A stretch of 64,000 nt of DNA from Candidatus Poribacteria bacterium. GTDB taxonomy: Bacteria > Poribacteria > WGA-4E > PCPOR2b. Position 1 is the stretch's first letter. Each line of letters opens with the position of its first letter. The notes under the pieces are model-generated. The model saw nothing but the letters and a program-made list of their open reading frames with translations. It searched no databases and was not told where the DNA came from. Shown in pieces: positions 31,181-41,798 of the stretch. Where the stretch lies: assembly GCA_965218095.1 (NCBI GenBank), contig OZ244587.1, positions 1,120,001-1,184,000 on the forward strand. The letters run 5' to 3'. A program made the translations under genes and the position numbers.

Positions 31181-32521
31181 GTGGGAGACACAACGACGAG
31201 AGATGTCGCGGCCTTACTGGAGGAAAGTTACTGTGCAGACAGTCCACGTTCGCAGGAACTCTTTGAGCGGGCGCGAAAGGTGATGCCAGGTGGGGCAAAA
31301 GGCGCTTACTTTCACCAGCCGTACCCTCTCACGATGGAGCGTGGCGAGGGGTGTTACCTGTATGATGTAGAAGGGCAGCAATATGTAGACTTTGCCAATC
31401 ACCACACGGTGCAGGTTCTGGGACATAACTACCCGGCGGTCGTGGAAGCCGTGCAAAAACAGATGGTGCGAGGCATTGCGTTAGGGGGCCCTGTTGGTGT
31501 TGAGACAGAGTTATGCGAGGAGATGTGTCGTCGGGTGGCATCGCTGGACCGTATACGGTTCTGCAACTCCGGCACCGAGGCGACGTTGCACGCCATACGA
31601 CTGGCGCGCGGTTTCAGTGGACGCCCCAAAATCGCCAAGTTCGAGGGCGGCTATCATGGCAGCCACGATGTCGTCGAAGTCAGTTCCTCGCCCGCTCTGG
31701 ACAAAGTGGGTTCTGAAACGGCGCCCAATCCCGTCCCCTCGGCGGGCGGAATGTCCCCTCACGCGGTTAAAGAGGTCGTCGTACTCCCTTACAACGACGA
31801 AGCCTCCGTTGAGAAACTCGTCGTTCAGCATCGTGATGAACTTGCCTGCGTCATCTTCGATACCAAAGCTGGCATCCTGCCGCAGCGTAAGGAGTTCGTC
31901 CAGTTCGTCCGAGAGATTACTCGAGAAAACGACCTGCTGCTCATCCTTGATGAAATCGTCGGCTTCCGAGTCGGGACGGGCGGGTTGCAGGAGTACTACG
32001 GCATTACCCCTGACTTGACCACTTATGGAAAGGTTGTCGGCGGTGGCTTTCCTGTCGGCGCGTTTGGCGGGCAGGCGGACATCATGGATTTATTGGACAG
32101 TACGCGAGGAAGCACGGGCTTCTTCCAGAGCGGCACATTCAGCGCACACCCCATCACGATGACTGCGGGATTGGCGACCCTGAGACAACTGACGCCTGAC
32201 GCTTTTGCCTACCTGAACGGGTTAGGCGACCGGCTGCGCACCGGGCTGAACGACCTGTTCGCTCGTAACAATATAGCTGCGAAAGCGGTGAACACGGGCT
32301 CGGTGTTCAGCATTCACTTCACCGGCGAAGATCTCATTAACTATCGCAGCCTTGCCCGCACCGACAAGGCGATAGCGCATCGCGTCTTCCTCTCGCTATT
32401 GGAGCAGGGGTATTTCCTGAGTCACGGACTGTCAATGAACGCGCTGTCGCTGCCGACGGAAACCAGCCATGTGGAGGGATTGATAGACGCCGTGGAAAAA
32501 GCTGTCGAGCAGGCGAAGTAA
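31181..32521 (+). CDS. Class III aminotransferase, glutamate-1-semialdehyde aminomutase-like
   Basis: NSGTEAT, FEGGYHG, LILDEI..FR, PDLTTYGKVVGGGFPVG, SGTFS; GTG start after AGGAG. Confidence 0.88.
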   Translation: MGDTTTRDVAALLEESYCADSPRSQELFERARKVMPGGAKGAYFHQPYPLTMERGEGCYLYDVEGQQYVDFANHHTVQVLGHNYPAVVEAVQKQMVRGIALGGPVGVETELCEEMCRRVASLDRIRFCNSGTEATLHAIRLARGFSGRPKIAKFEGGYHGSHDVVEVSSSPALDKVGSETAPNPVPSAGGMSPHAVKEVVVLPYNDEASVEKLVVQHRDELACVIFDTKAGILPQRKEFVQFVREITRENDLLLILDEIVGFRVGTGGLQEYYGITPDLTTYGKVVGGGFPVGAFGGQADIMDLLDSTRGSTGFFQSGTFSAHPITMTAGLATLRQLTPDAFAYLNGLGDRLRTGLNDLFARNNIAAKAVNTGSVFSIHFTGEDLINYRSLARTDKAIAHRVFLSLLEQGYFLSHGLSMNALSLPTETSHVEGLIDAVEKAVEQAK

Positions 32522-32583
32522 TTGTTCAAAACCATCATTTTCAGAAGTTAGAATCTCGGTTCGCTTCTTAGCAGGAGAGCAAC

Positions 32584-32895
32584 ATGAAACATTTAAACGT
32601 CGTTCTCATCTTCGGCTGCCTGATTTTATCTGGAGTGATTACGTTTGCCTAAGATGAAGGCACAACCGCAACTAGTAGAGTGTATGGTCAGATTAAAGGA
32701 CGTCCCCCGCTGACCGCTGAGGAGTTGAAGCCCGGTGGGATCACTGAGATGGATCCCTCGGAGTTACATCCCATTGCTGGTGTCAGAGTGGTTATCGTTC
32801 GTACTGACGGAACTGAATACGAAACAGCGACGGATAGCCATGGGGAGTATGAATTCTCAAGCCTACCTAGGATATTAACCAATGAGTATTTATAG
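32584..32895 (+). pseudogene. Secreted carboxypeptidase-regulatory-like domain protein with TAA at 32650
   Basis: Signal peptide then stop; PIAGVRV...TDSHGEYEFSSLP. Confidence 0.55.
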
Positions 32896-33013
32896 AGATA
32901 GCTACGGAGATCGGTTTGGCAGATCTGTCACGGTTGTCGCCGGAGGCGAGCACTATGTGCCAATACAGATGGCGAAAAATCGATCTAAATGAAGATTACT
33001 GATTCCATTAGCG

Positions 33014-33205
33014 ATGAACCTGGTATTCTCCGCAAGCTGCATCTTCTGGATATGGATGCTTATTAACTGTGTGACTGAAAAACTCGTTGAGGGAAATGGC
33101 AAAGTTGTTTGGATTATTTTCGTCGCTTTCGTTCCTTTGATAGGCGGTACGATTTATTTCTTTGTGAGGCGACCAACACGCTTAATAGTACAAGAGAAGA
33201 GGTGA
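33014..33205 (+). CDS. PLDc_N-domain small membrane protein (possibly 5' truncated)
   Basis: FWIWMLINC...KVVWII...PLIG..IYFFVRRP. Confidence 0.7.
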   Translation: MNLVFSASCIFWIWMLINCVTEKLVEGNGKVVWIIFVAFVPLIGGTIYFFVRRPTRLIVQEKR

Positions 33206-33598
33206 CCAATTAGTATAACCGTAGTCGCGTGGATCATCATCTTAATATTTGGTGCAGCTCTGGGCACTGCGGTTATGCTGCTTATTCCCATAGTGCCTGA
33301 AATAGGGTGGGCTAGGGCAGCGACCACGCCTGACCAAGCGGTAAGGGTTTCTATGGGGGGGCGGGGATAGTCTCAGGTATAGCCATGCTTAAGAGGCTCA
33401 ACTGGGGCCGTCTGCTGTACCTGTGGTATGTGCCTATTTCGTTCGTTCTCTCCTGAATTCGTTATGGATTTCAGCCGATGTTTATACTGGAGATCGCTTT
33501 ATACGTTGTTGTTTTTGGGATCCTCATGAGGCCCGCCTCATTAGCGTTTTTTCGCAGAAAATCGTCCTGAATCATCTTGAAATAGGGGGTAAATCATC

Positions 33599-34768
33599 AT
33601 GTCTGACACTAACACCCACACATACGATTTGCTTATCCGCGCCGGGCGCGTTGTTTGTCCGGCGACCGGGCTGGCTGGGCCAGGCGCCGTGGCGGTCCGG
33701 GGGGATCGAATCGCTGCTGTCGGCGATAACATCAACGGGGCTGCACAGGAGACACTGGATTTCCCGGACGCCATGCTGCTTCCGGGGCTGGTGGATATGC
33801 ACGCCCATCCCGCACACGAAGGTTCAAAGTACGGGGTTGACCCCGACGTTCATTTCCTTCCCCGAGGTGTTACCACTGTGCTTTCTCAGGGAGATGCGGG
33901 CGCCGCCAACTGGACCCAATACCGTGAATCTGTCATCGAAGGCGCACGCACGCGCGTCCGGCTGGCTATCAACCTGTCCGCCCGCGGCGAATCTATGCCG
34001 GGCGGTTGCTTTGAGAATTTAGATGATGTGGATGTAGATGCCTGCGTCGGAGCAATTGAAGATGGAGGCAAGGCAATCTGGGGCATCGCCGTTAACATCA
34101 GCGCCTCCTGCTGCGGCGACACAGCCCCCCACGAGGTGATGCGGCGAGCGCTGGCTGTCGCCGACCGAACCGGCTGTCCGCTGCTTTTCGGCACACATCG
34201 GCAGGCGGAGTTCCCTTTGGACGAGCAATTGGCGTTGCTGCGGCCCGGCGACATTGTCACCTACTGTTTCCAGAGCGATGTTGACTGCATTGTGAAGGAG
34301 GGTCATATCCGGGACGAGGTTTGGGAAGCCCGCGAGAGGGGCGTCTTGTTCGATGTGGGGCACGGCATGAATTCGTTCAACTTTGACGTAGCGGAGGTGG
34401 CGATTGCGGATGGGTTTCCGCCAGATACGATCTCGACGGACCAGTACCTTCAACATGTAGGGAGCAGCCCTCAACATGACTTGCCTCGCACCCTTTCCAA
34501 GCTAATGGCTGCCGGAATGTCTGAGGCAGATGCCCTGGCGCGAGTGACGGCACGTCCAGCAGAATTGTTAGGACTGTCTGGAGAGGTTGGAACGTTAGCG
34601 CCCGGTGCGTGCGCTGACCTCGCTGTATTGCGCTGGAATCCGGATGCGCTGCTCCTGCGAGACGTCACGGGCGCTGAGCGTCCGGGAGGCTGCTGGGAGC
34701 CGATTCTCACTGTGCGGGTGGGGGAAATCGTCCGTCCCGAGCCTAATACATTGTCTAATAAATCCTGA
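33599..34768 (+). CDS. Amidohydrolase (dihydroorotase/deacetylase-like)
   Basis: PGLVDMHAH, GVTTV, LRPGD, FDVGHG..SF, ISTD, GACADL. Confidence 0.88.
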   Translation: MSDTNTHTYDLLIRAGRVVCPATGLAGPGAVAVRGDRIAAVGDNINGAAQETLDFPDAMLLPGLVDMHAHPAHEGSKYGVDPDVHFLPRGVTTVLSQGDAGAANWTQYRESVIEGARTRVRLAINLSARGESMPGGCFENLDDVDVDACVGAIEDGGKAIWGIAVNISASCCGDTAPHEVMRRALAVADRTGCPLLFGTHRQAEFPLDEQLALLRPGDIVTYCFQSDVDCIVKEGHIRDEVWEARERGVLFDVGHGMNSFNFDVAEVAIADGFPPDTISTDQYLQHVGSSPQHDLPRTLSKLMAAGMSEADALARVTARPAELLGLSGEVGTLAPGACADLAVLRWNPDALLLRDVTGAERPGGCWEPILTVRVGEIVRPEPNTLSNKS

Positions 34769-34959
34769 CATGTTATGAATAGAACGCTGATGACGCGGAT
34801 TTTCACGGATTTGATTCAAAATCCGTGCGAATCTGTGCTATCTTGAGCTCAAAGATCAACTCAAGCATACAAATAGAGGATATAGCAGAAGATTTGATAG
34901 AGAAGCCAACTCGGCCATGGAAGGAAAACGTATATCATGGGCCGAAGCCAGAATATGAG

Positions 34960-35127
34960 AATCCAAGACATCGCGATCCAGTTGCGCCAAATATTCAAGG
35001 CGACCCAGAAGTCTTCGAGATCGAAAACGAAGCGATAGATCCCAACGAGCACATAGCAGCAACGATCGAGTCAATCGTTCTGGACCTGGGGGCCGGGAGA
35101 CGTATTGATCGACGAAACTCAACCTAG
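34960..35127 (+). pseudogene. Class I SAM methyltransferase N-terminal remnant
   Basis: PNIQGDPEVFEIENEAIDP...VLDLGAG then truncation. Confidence 0.4.
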
Positions 35128-35179
35128 GCATTCAATGATCAAGAAACAGTATCCTAACGGAAAAAGGCGGAGGTAAATC

Positions 35180-36289
35180 ATGTTAATTATTGATGGCGAC
35201 TATCCCATGGCGCATGGCGCGGTTGACCTGAATCGGGATCTGACCCTTCCGATTGACGAAGTCCGCGCGGTGCAGGAAGGCTCGCGGGAAGCAGCACGAT
35301 GGCCCGCATCTGAAACGATGGCGTCCCTGCCGGAAATGCGACGCGGAAAAATTGCAGCGGCGCTGGTTAAAATCTCGGGACGGATTCAGCGGAAAGGCAG
35401 CCCCATCTGGGGATACAGGAGTGGTGATATTGCCTATGCCGCGGCCCAAGCGGGCCTTGCCTACTATCGGATTCTGGAGCGTAGAGGCGAGGCGCGTATC
35501 CTGAAGACTCGTGAAGATTTCAACGCCCACATACAGACCTGGTCGGAAGCTGAGAGTTATAACGATTTGCCAATCGGCATGGTCCTCGGTATGGAGGGGG
35601 CAGACCCCATTCTCTGGCCCGAACATGTTCACGAGTGGTGGGAAAGCGGACTGCGAACAATCAACCTGGCACATTACGGTGTCAGCACATATTCCCACGG
35701 GACAGGCAGACCCGGTGGTCTGCTGCCTCCCGCCAAACCGCTCCTGCGTGAGATGGACGGGCTGGGGATGATTCTCGACCTCACCCATACCGCTGATGAA
35801 GCTTTCTGGCAGGCGCTGGATCTGTTCTCCGGCCCGGTGATGGCAAGCCACCAAAACTGTCGGGCGTTGGTCCCCGGCGAACGACAGTTTTCCGATGAAC
35901 AACTCAAAGTTATCCTGGAACGCGGCGGGGTGATTGGCGCATCAATGGATACTTGGATGCTCTACCCGAGAGGAAACCTGGATTGGGGTGGGAAGGTTTT
36001 TCCAGCCCGTCGTAGCCGCTTCCCGAGAGAGGCTGTCACCCTGGAGAATCTGGTGGACAACATGGACCATGTGTGCCAGTTGGCGGGGAATTCGCAGCAC
36101 GCCGCCATTGGCGGGGATACAGATGGCCAGGGCGGGAAAGACGGCGCCCCGTACGAAATCGACACAGTGGCAGATTACCAGAAGATTGCGGAGGTCCTTG
36201 AGAGGCGTGGGTATGCGCAGGAGGATATCGTCAACGTAATGTACCGCAACTGGCAGCAATTTTATGAGCAGTGGCTCCCCGCTGCGTGA
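35180..36289 (+). CDS. Membrane dipeptidase (M19) family protein
   Basis: MEGAD, ILDLTH, ASHQNCRALVP..RQ, IGGDTDG. Confidence 0.88.
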   Translation: MLIIDGDYPMAHGAVDLNRDLTLPIDEVRAVQEGSREAARWPASETMASLPEMRRGKIAAALVKISGRIQRKGSPIWGYRSGDIAYAAAQAGLAYYRILERRGEARILKTREDFNAHIQTWSEAESYNDLPIGMVLGMEGADPILWPEHVHEWWESGLRTINLAHYGVSTYSHGTGRPGGLLPPAKPLLREMDGLGMILDLTHTADEAFWQALDLFSGPVMASHQNCRALVPGERQFSDEQLKVILERGGVIGASMDTWMLYPRGNLDWGGKVFPARRSRFPREAVTLENLVDNMDHVCQLAGNSQHAAIGGDTDGQGGKDGAPYEIDTVADYQKIAEVLERRGYAQEDIVNVMYRNWQQFYEQWLPAA

Positions 36290-36323
36290 ACAGATGTTGC
36301 CAACGAAAAAGGAGTGTTAATGC

Positions 36324-37793
36324 ATGAGAGTGATTACTGGCGCAATTGGTCATGAGACAAGCACGTTTACCACAGTCGCCACCACCTGGGAAAGCTATCG
36401 TAATGAGCGATTCGGCTATCTAATCGGAGACGAAATCATCAGCAAGTTCCGCGACACCAACACGACCATTGGCGGATTCATTGAGGGAGCAGAGGCATAC
36501 GGATTTGAGCTTATCCCCACGATCTTTGCCAACGCGCATCCGAGTGCGCCAACGCCGCGGGATATCTTTGATGCCATTCTGAAGGATATGCTGGACCGAA
36601 TTGCTGAAGCAGGCCCGATTGAAGGCGTCCTCCTTGACCTGCACGGCGCGATGGTAGCGGAGGGCATCGACGACGGCGAAGGTCATATCCTGACGGCCGT
36701 GCGAGATTTGGTCGGACCACAGGTCCCTATCTTGGCGGAGTTAGACATTCATTCCAACGTCTCCAAGCGCATGGTCGAGATGGCTGATGTGTTGATCGGG
36801 CGGGAGACCTACCCGGAGATCGATCAGGCGGAGCGAGCCCGCGAATGCGCTGATGTTCTGGTGGGCATGCTCCGAGATGGCCTGCGCCCCACCATGGCGC
36901 TGCACCAGATTCCCCTGGTCTGGGGGATGAATCAGGTCACGGCGCACTCGCCGATGCGGGAAGCGATTGCTGAATTACACAGAATAGAGGCGCAGCCCGG
37001 GGTAATTTGTGGCTCGATTGCCACCTGCTATCCATTGGCTGACATCCCGGACCTGGGCGCGTCGGTTTATATCGTCACCGACAACGATCAGGCGTTAGCA
37101 CAGCAGTACGCGGATGAATTGGCGGAATGGATCTGGGAGCGCCGGGCGGATTGGCATACATCCATGCCGCCGGCGCGTGAGGCACTCGCGCAAGCTGAAG
37201 CGGCAGGAAAATATCCGGTGATTTTTGCCGATCGAAATGATAACACCGGCGGCGGTTCACCGGGGGACAGTACCGGCGTATTGCAGACGTTTATTGATGC
37301 TGGATTGGAGGACGCCTGTCTCCTCTACATCGTCGATCCGGAGGCGGTGGCGCAATGCCAGCAGGCTGGCGTGGGAGCGACGTTGACCTTAGATGTAGGT
37401 GGGAAATCAACCCCCCTCCAGGGACAACCCATCAGCATGACGGTGGAAATTGTCGCGCTTTCAGATGGTCGCTTCCGCTACGACGGTCCGAGGAATGCCG
37501 GACTGGAAGGCAGCATGGGCCCCTCGGCATATATCAGACAGGGTGGGATTCATGTCCTGCTGGTAACCGAACGTGAGCAACCTTACGGTACCGCTTTTGC
37601 GCGAACCATGGGTTTAGACCCACGCCGGATGCGTTACATCGGCATCAAATCCACCGTGCATTTTCGGGCCGGCTTCGAGTCGTGGGCGAGGGCAATCTAC
37701 ACGGTGTCCGAACCGGGAGTACATAACCCAACTGGGGGAGAATTGCCGTTCCACAATCTGGGTCGGAAGCTGTATCCATTTGATGACATTTAG
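36324..37793 (+). CDS. M81 metallopeptidase (MlrC family)
   Basis: HETSTF, LHGAM, DDGEG, LDIHSN, DNTGGG.PGD, KSTVHFRA.F. Confidence 0.9.
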   Translation: MRVITGAIGHETSTFTTVATTWESYRNERFGYLIGDEIISKFRDTNTTIGGFIEGAEAYGFELIPTIFANAHPSAPTPRDIFDAILKDMLDRIAEAGPIEGVLLDLHGAMVAEGIDDGEGHILTAVRDLVGPQVPILAELDIHSNVSKRMVEMADVLIGRETYPEIDQAERARECADVLVGMLRDGLRPTMALHQIPLVWGMNQVTAHSPMREAIAELHRIEAQPGVICGSIATCYPLADIPDLGASVYIVTDNDQALAQQYADELAEWIWERRADWHTSMPPAREALAQAEAAGKYPVIFADRNDNTGGGSPGDSTGVLQTFIDAGLEDACLLYIVDPEAVAQCQQAGVGATLTLDVGGKSTPLQGQPISMTVEIVALSDGRFRYDGPRNAGLEGSMGPSAYIRQGGIHVLLVTEREQPYGTAFARTMGLDPRRMRYIGIKSTVHFRAGFESWARAIYTVSEPGVHNPTGGELPFHNLGRKLYPFDDI

Positions 37794-38132
37794 GAGGAAT
37801 GGTTCATTTTCCTGTGCTATCGCTAAATATCTGATAAGCCGCACGATGACCGATCCATGCGTGAAACGTGAAACCGCTTACGCATCACGCTTCATATATG
37901 GCGTCGTGCAGTTGAGGGTCCCAATCACACGGATCGGCGCTGTTCATTTTCCGTCAGAGTTAGGTTGATATTTTTCAAAGCGCCGAAAAATCGGAGAACA
38001 AGCTAGCAGCTTGTTCTCCTAAAATCGTCAGCCAAATCGTGAACCATTCCCACGAATCTTCTCACAAACTTAGTGATAGTAGACCATCCCGCCTCACTCA
38101 TTACTGCGCATGACAGATTAATGGACAAAACA

Positions 38133-39665
38133 TCACAACCTGCAATAAACCCCGTCGCTCACCAAATCTTTACACTGATAGCGCCAATCCTCCTCCGGAT
38201 TATCGAAGAGATAACGCGCCTCTTTCGGGCCCCAGGCGCCGGCTGGATAGCCATAAATGTTGATGTTCGGGTTTTCTTTCCAGGCCTTTAAAATGGGGTC
38301 CACAAATCGCCAACAGGCCTCTACGGCGTCGGCACGGGTGTAGAGCGTCGCATCACCCAACATGCAATCCAGCAGCAGACGTTCGTAAGCGGAGGGAAGA
38401 TAGGCATCTGTCAGATCCGAATAATGGAAGTCCATATTCACATCTTCGATCTGAAAACCGGCGCCCGGCATCTTCATCCCAAATTTCAGCAAAATCCCTT
38501 CATCGGGCTGAATCCAAATAATCAACTGATTACAATTACGACCGAGATTGTTTTGGGTAAATAAATGATGGGGAGTTTGCTTGAAATAAATGACTACCTC
38601 CGTCACGCGGGTGGGAAGGCGTTTTCCAGTACGGATATAAAAGGGGACGCCGCCCCAACGCCAGTTATCGATATACAATTTCAGTGCGACATAAGTTTCC
38701 GCCCGGGAATCCAGAGCGACATTTTTTTCACTGCGGTAAGCCAAAACTTTTTCGCCATGAATTATTGATTCTGTGTACTGACCACGTACCACATATTTCC
38801 CCACGTCTTCGGGGTTAATCGGGCGTAAAGACTGGAAGACTTTTACGGTTTCATTCCGCACGCCATCGGCGTCAAAACTGGCGGGCGGCTCCATGGCGAT
38901 AGTCCCCAGTACCTGCAGCAGGTGATTTTGCACCATATCCCTCAACGCCCCGCATTCATCATAATACCCACCACGGTTTTCCACACCGATAGATTCTGCG
39001 GCAGTCACTTCGACATGATGAATAAAATTCTGATTCCACAACGGTTCAAAAATGCCGTTAGAGAAACGAAACGCCAGCATATTTTGCACCGTTTCCTTGC
39101 CTAAATAATGATCAATTCGATAAATTTGACATCCCTGGAAGATCTGCTGTATTTTGGCATTTAAAGCTCGGGCAGAGTCGAGATTATAACCAAATGGTTT
39201 TTCGATAATGATGCGTTTCCATCCGTCCCCATTTCCCTGATGCTGCAGGCCCTGTGCACCAAGATGTTGAGGGATAATTCCATACATACTGGGTGGGGTG
39301 GACACATAAAAAATATAATTCTCCCCGGTCTTTAATTCCCGGTCTATTTCAGAAAGCCTAGCTTTCACTTTTTCATATTCTGCGCCATCATTGGTATTGA
39401 TGGATTGATAATACAATCTTTTTGAAAAAACCCTGAGCAATTTCATCTCGACCGGCTTTCTCTTGCTATACAATTTGACGCCTTCGATCATCCGTTTTTG
39501 AAATGCCTCATCCGAAAATGTCGTTCGACTGACTCCTAACACGGCAAATTGCTTTGGAAGCACGTTTTGCTGATACAAATCAAAGAGCGCCGGCACGAGT
39601 TTTCGCTGGGTTAAATCTCCAGATGCGCCAAAAATGACCAGGGTACAATTGTCAGGTAGTTTCAT
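38133..39665 (-). CDS. zwf: Glucose-6-phosphate 1-dehydrogenase
   Basis: IFGASGDL..RKL.PAL, IEKPFG, RIDHYLGKE, RDMVQNH, RTGKRL, AYERLL.D. Confidence 0.96.
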   Translation of the reverse strand: MKLPDNCTLVIFGASGDLTQRKLVPALFDLYQQNVLPKQFAVLGVSRTTFSDEAFQKRMIEGVKLYSKRKPVEMKLLRVFSKRLYYQSINTNDGAEYEKVKARLSEIDRELKTGENYIFYVSTPPSMYGIIPQHLGAQGLQHQGNGDGWKRIIIEKPFGYNLDSARALNAKIQQIFQGCQIYRIDHYLGKETVQNMLAFRFSNGIFEPLWNQNFIHHVEVTAAESIGVENRGGYYDECGALRDMVQNHLLQVLGTIAMEPPASFDADGVRNETVKVFQSLRPINPEDVGKYVVRGQYTESIIHGEKVLAYRSEKNVALDSRAETYVALKLYIDNWRWGGVPFYIRTGKRLPTRVTEVVIYFKQTPHHLFTQNNLGRNCNQLIIWIQPDEGILLKFGMKMPGAGFQIEDVNMDFHYSDLTDAYLPSAYERLLLDCMLGDATLYTRADAVEACWRFVDPILKAWKENPNINIYGYPAGAWGPKEARYLFDNPEEDWRYQCKDLVSDGVYCRL

Positions 39666-39917
39666 TTTTTTCTCCCGCGTTTTCAAGCTTCAATTTTTTT
39701 TCTTAACAGCGTGGCCGCTAAATTGCTGACGCAGTGCAGCCGGGACTTTCATTGGAAAGGGCAGCGGTATATGTTAGTGACTTTTCTTGTTCGCAGAGGG
39801 TTAAGTTTATCGATCAATTCCTCCGAGTTCAATATTTTGGCTCATGTCAAAAGAAAGTGCAAAAGTGTTAAAAAATCCACGAAATCATTGGTGTGAATTT
39901 TGCCGTTGCACGAAGTC

Positions 39918-40330
39918 TTACTAAAGTTTGGACAATTTGTTTGCAATTTATGTAGTGTTATCAAGGGTTTGTTGAATATCGGGTGAATATTCGGCAATTA
40001 AGTGGCTTGAGGGATTGTTGCAGAAAATAATCACCTCTCGTGGCACCTAAGCACCTTGAAAACGAAAATCTGTCTGTTTTCCAACTGCGTATCGGCATCA
40101 TTTTGGCAGATGACCGCCGGATTCGATGGGACGTGGCAATCGCTTGGCAGGTTGCCAACCTGCGCCACGACGGAGTTTAAGCCCATGTGATGGAAATGTT
40201 CAATGTTGATGAAGCCTTTTGCCTCCACATACTGTAAAGTCAAAAGAGAATGATTTCTGAGTGCTGTTTCGCATCACCAGAAGGGGTCTCAACCAGCCAT
40301 CTGTGTTGTGAATTGTACAAACTTTAGTAA
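39918..40330. mobile_element. Internally deleted IS / MITE with 20-bp terminal IRs
   Basis: TTACTAAAGTTTGGACAATT vs AATTGTACAAACTTTAGTAA (19/20); no intact transposase. Confidence 0.7.
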
Positions 40331-40627
40331 TATTAACTTAGAGAGTTTATTAGTAGTATCGACATCATAGACCCTATTCAAAACAGAAGTGATGACTTTC
40401 CGATAACTTTCTAAGTCGCCTGCTCTGCCAATTTCAGGTTATCGGACATTTCTGATCTTCTCAACAGAGCGTTTGATATTATCAAACGAAAAAGTATGAT
40501 CCGCAACAAACATCTTCTCCTTGAATGCCAGCATAAATACTTCGCACTCCTCAAGACTTCCATTGAAAATAACTTCATCGGCTAGGTTGTCCTTGTTCTA
40601 ACGATACACGAGCCTGAGTTTGTATTG

Positions 40628-41131
40628 TTATATTCGTTTTCTAATCTTTTCGTCTTTGCCGCGTGGTTCTATTCCTTCCCATCTTCTACCTTCGATTTTG
40701 CTTTTTTTCATGTGTGCTTCGTCTATCATATCTCTTAATGGTTTTGCGTATGATATAAAGTAGGTTTCTATTTGTTCTTGTGTCATTGGTTTATTTATGT
40801 CCTCTTTCAGGTCTATGAGGCTTTGGTGGTGTAGGGCTAGAATACGCCGGATTGCTTCGAGTGAGTCGTTTATGCTTCCTGATAGGTCTACTAGCTCGGC
40901 TCTTGTTTGTCTTCTTCCTAGTATTTGTGATATTTTTTCAATCTTCCAGCCTAAGTCTCGTATTTTGATTTTTAGTTTATGTCTTATCTTTTCTGACTCT
41001 GGTTTATCTGGTTTTCTTTTGGCTGCCCAAATGCCCACTGCTATTGCTCCTATTGCTCCTATTGCTCCCAATATTCCTGCTATGAGTCCTATTGTGTCCT
41101 TGTATTCAATCAAAAATTCTATAATACTCAT
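40628..41131 (-). CDS. Hypothetical protein, N-terminal TM helix plus coiled coil
   Basis: 167-aa ORF with RBS; strongly A-rich coding strand; GAI x3 from a 9-bp tandem repeat. Confidence 0.7.
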   Translation of the reverse strand: MSIIEFLIEYKDTIGLIAGILGAIGAIGAIAVGIWAAKRKPDKPESEKIRHKLKIKIRDLGWKIEKISQILGRRQTRAELVDLSGSINDSLEAIRRILALHHQSLIDLKEDINKPMTQEQIETYFISYAKPLRDMIDEAHMKKSKIEGRRWEGIEPRGKDEKIRKRI

Positions 41132-41187
41132 TGTCTTCCTTTCTGCTGCTGTGCCGGGAGCGCGGCATCCCGGCTATTGATAGTTAG

Positions 41188-41217
41188 AATATCCGGTAAG
41201 TTTAATTATCGGATATT
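41188..41217. other. dif-like recombination-site candidate
   Basis: AATATCCGGTAA-GTTTAA-TTATCGGATATT: inverted arms (11/12) with 6-bp spacer, intergenic. Confidence 0.55.
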
Positions 41218-41226
41218 TTAAGGAAT

Positions 41227-41793
41227 TTAGGGCTGTCCATTAGTTAATTTTCTAAAACGGTGATAATTACCAGGAATTTTCCAAAACTCTTCAGGGCTGT
41301 CCCATAATGAATTCGGCACCTTGTATTGTGTGCCTTTCTTATTTATACTGGTGTGAACCATACTGATAAATCGGAACTTATAATCATTAAGAAAGTCGTT
41401 TTCTTTCCAGAATTTTTTCCCGATACATTGGCAATACTTCACAACACATGCCGCTCCTTTTAATTGCTCCGTGACATGCCTTGCCGTTTTAGAATCCTGG
41501 GTTTGAATTTCGATACAGATAATCCACTTCCTCCCCTTTTTATCGTGAGATACAATCACAAAATCAGCACGCTTACGCTCGCCTTTTAATCCCTTAAAAA
41601 CATAAACGGGTGTCTTAAAAGTTTCCGCCCCTATAACAATTGAGTCGTCAGGCAGCCCAGTTATTCTTACAGTTGTATCTGCCTGCTTATCTGTTAGTTC
41701 AACAGAAAGAGATCTACCTTGTCCCTGCTGTAACGGCACTTGGACATCATTATTACAAACAAGCATTTCTCTCAATATTTCAATATCATTCAT
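41227..41793 (-). CDS. Putative PD-(D/E)xK-fold nuclease
   Basis: RKRADFVIV...ICIEIQ...QLKGA; starts immediately after the ATPase. Confidence 0.6.
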   Translation of the reverse strand: MNDIEILREMLVCNNDVQVPLQQGQGRSLSVELTDKQADTTVRITGLPDDSIVIGAETFKTPVYVFKGLKGERKRADFVIVSHDKKGRKWIICIEIQTQDSKTARHVTEQLKGAACVVKYCQCIGKKFWKENDFLNDYKFRFISMVHTSINKKGTQYKVPNSLWDSPEEFWKIPGNYHRFRKLTNGQP

Positions 41794-41798
41794 AGGTT

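Noticed and set aside
40407-40438. tRNA-Leu-like fragment (minus strand GAAATTGGCAGA...GACTTAG) as an att site
   Set aside because: No T-arm, acceptor stem or second copy; too short to support.
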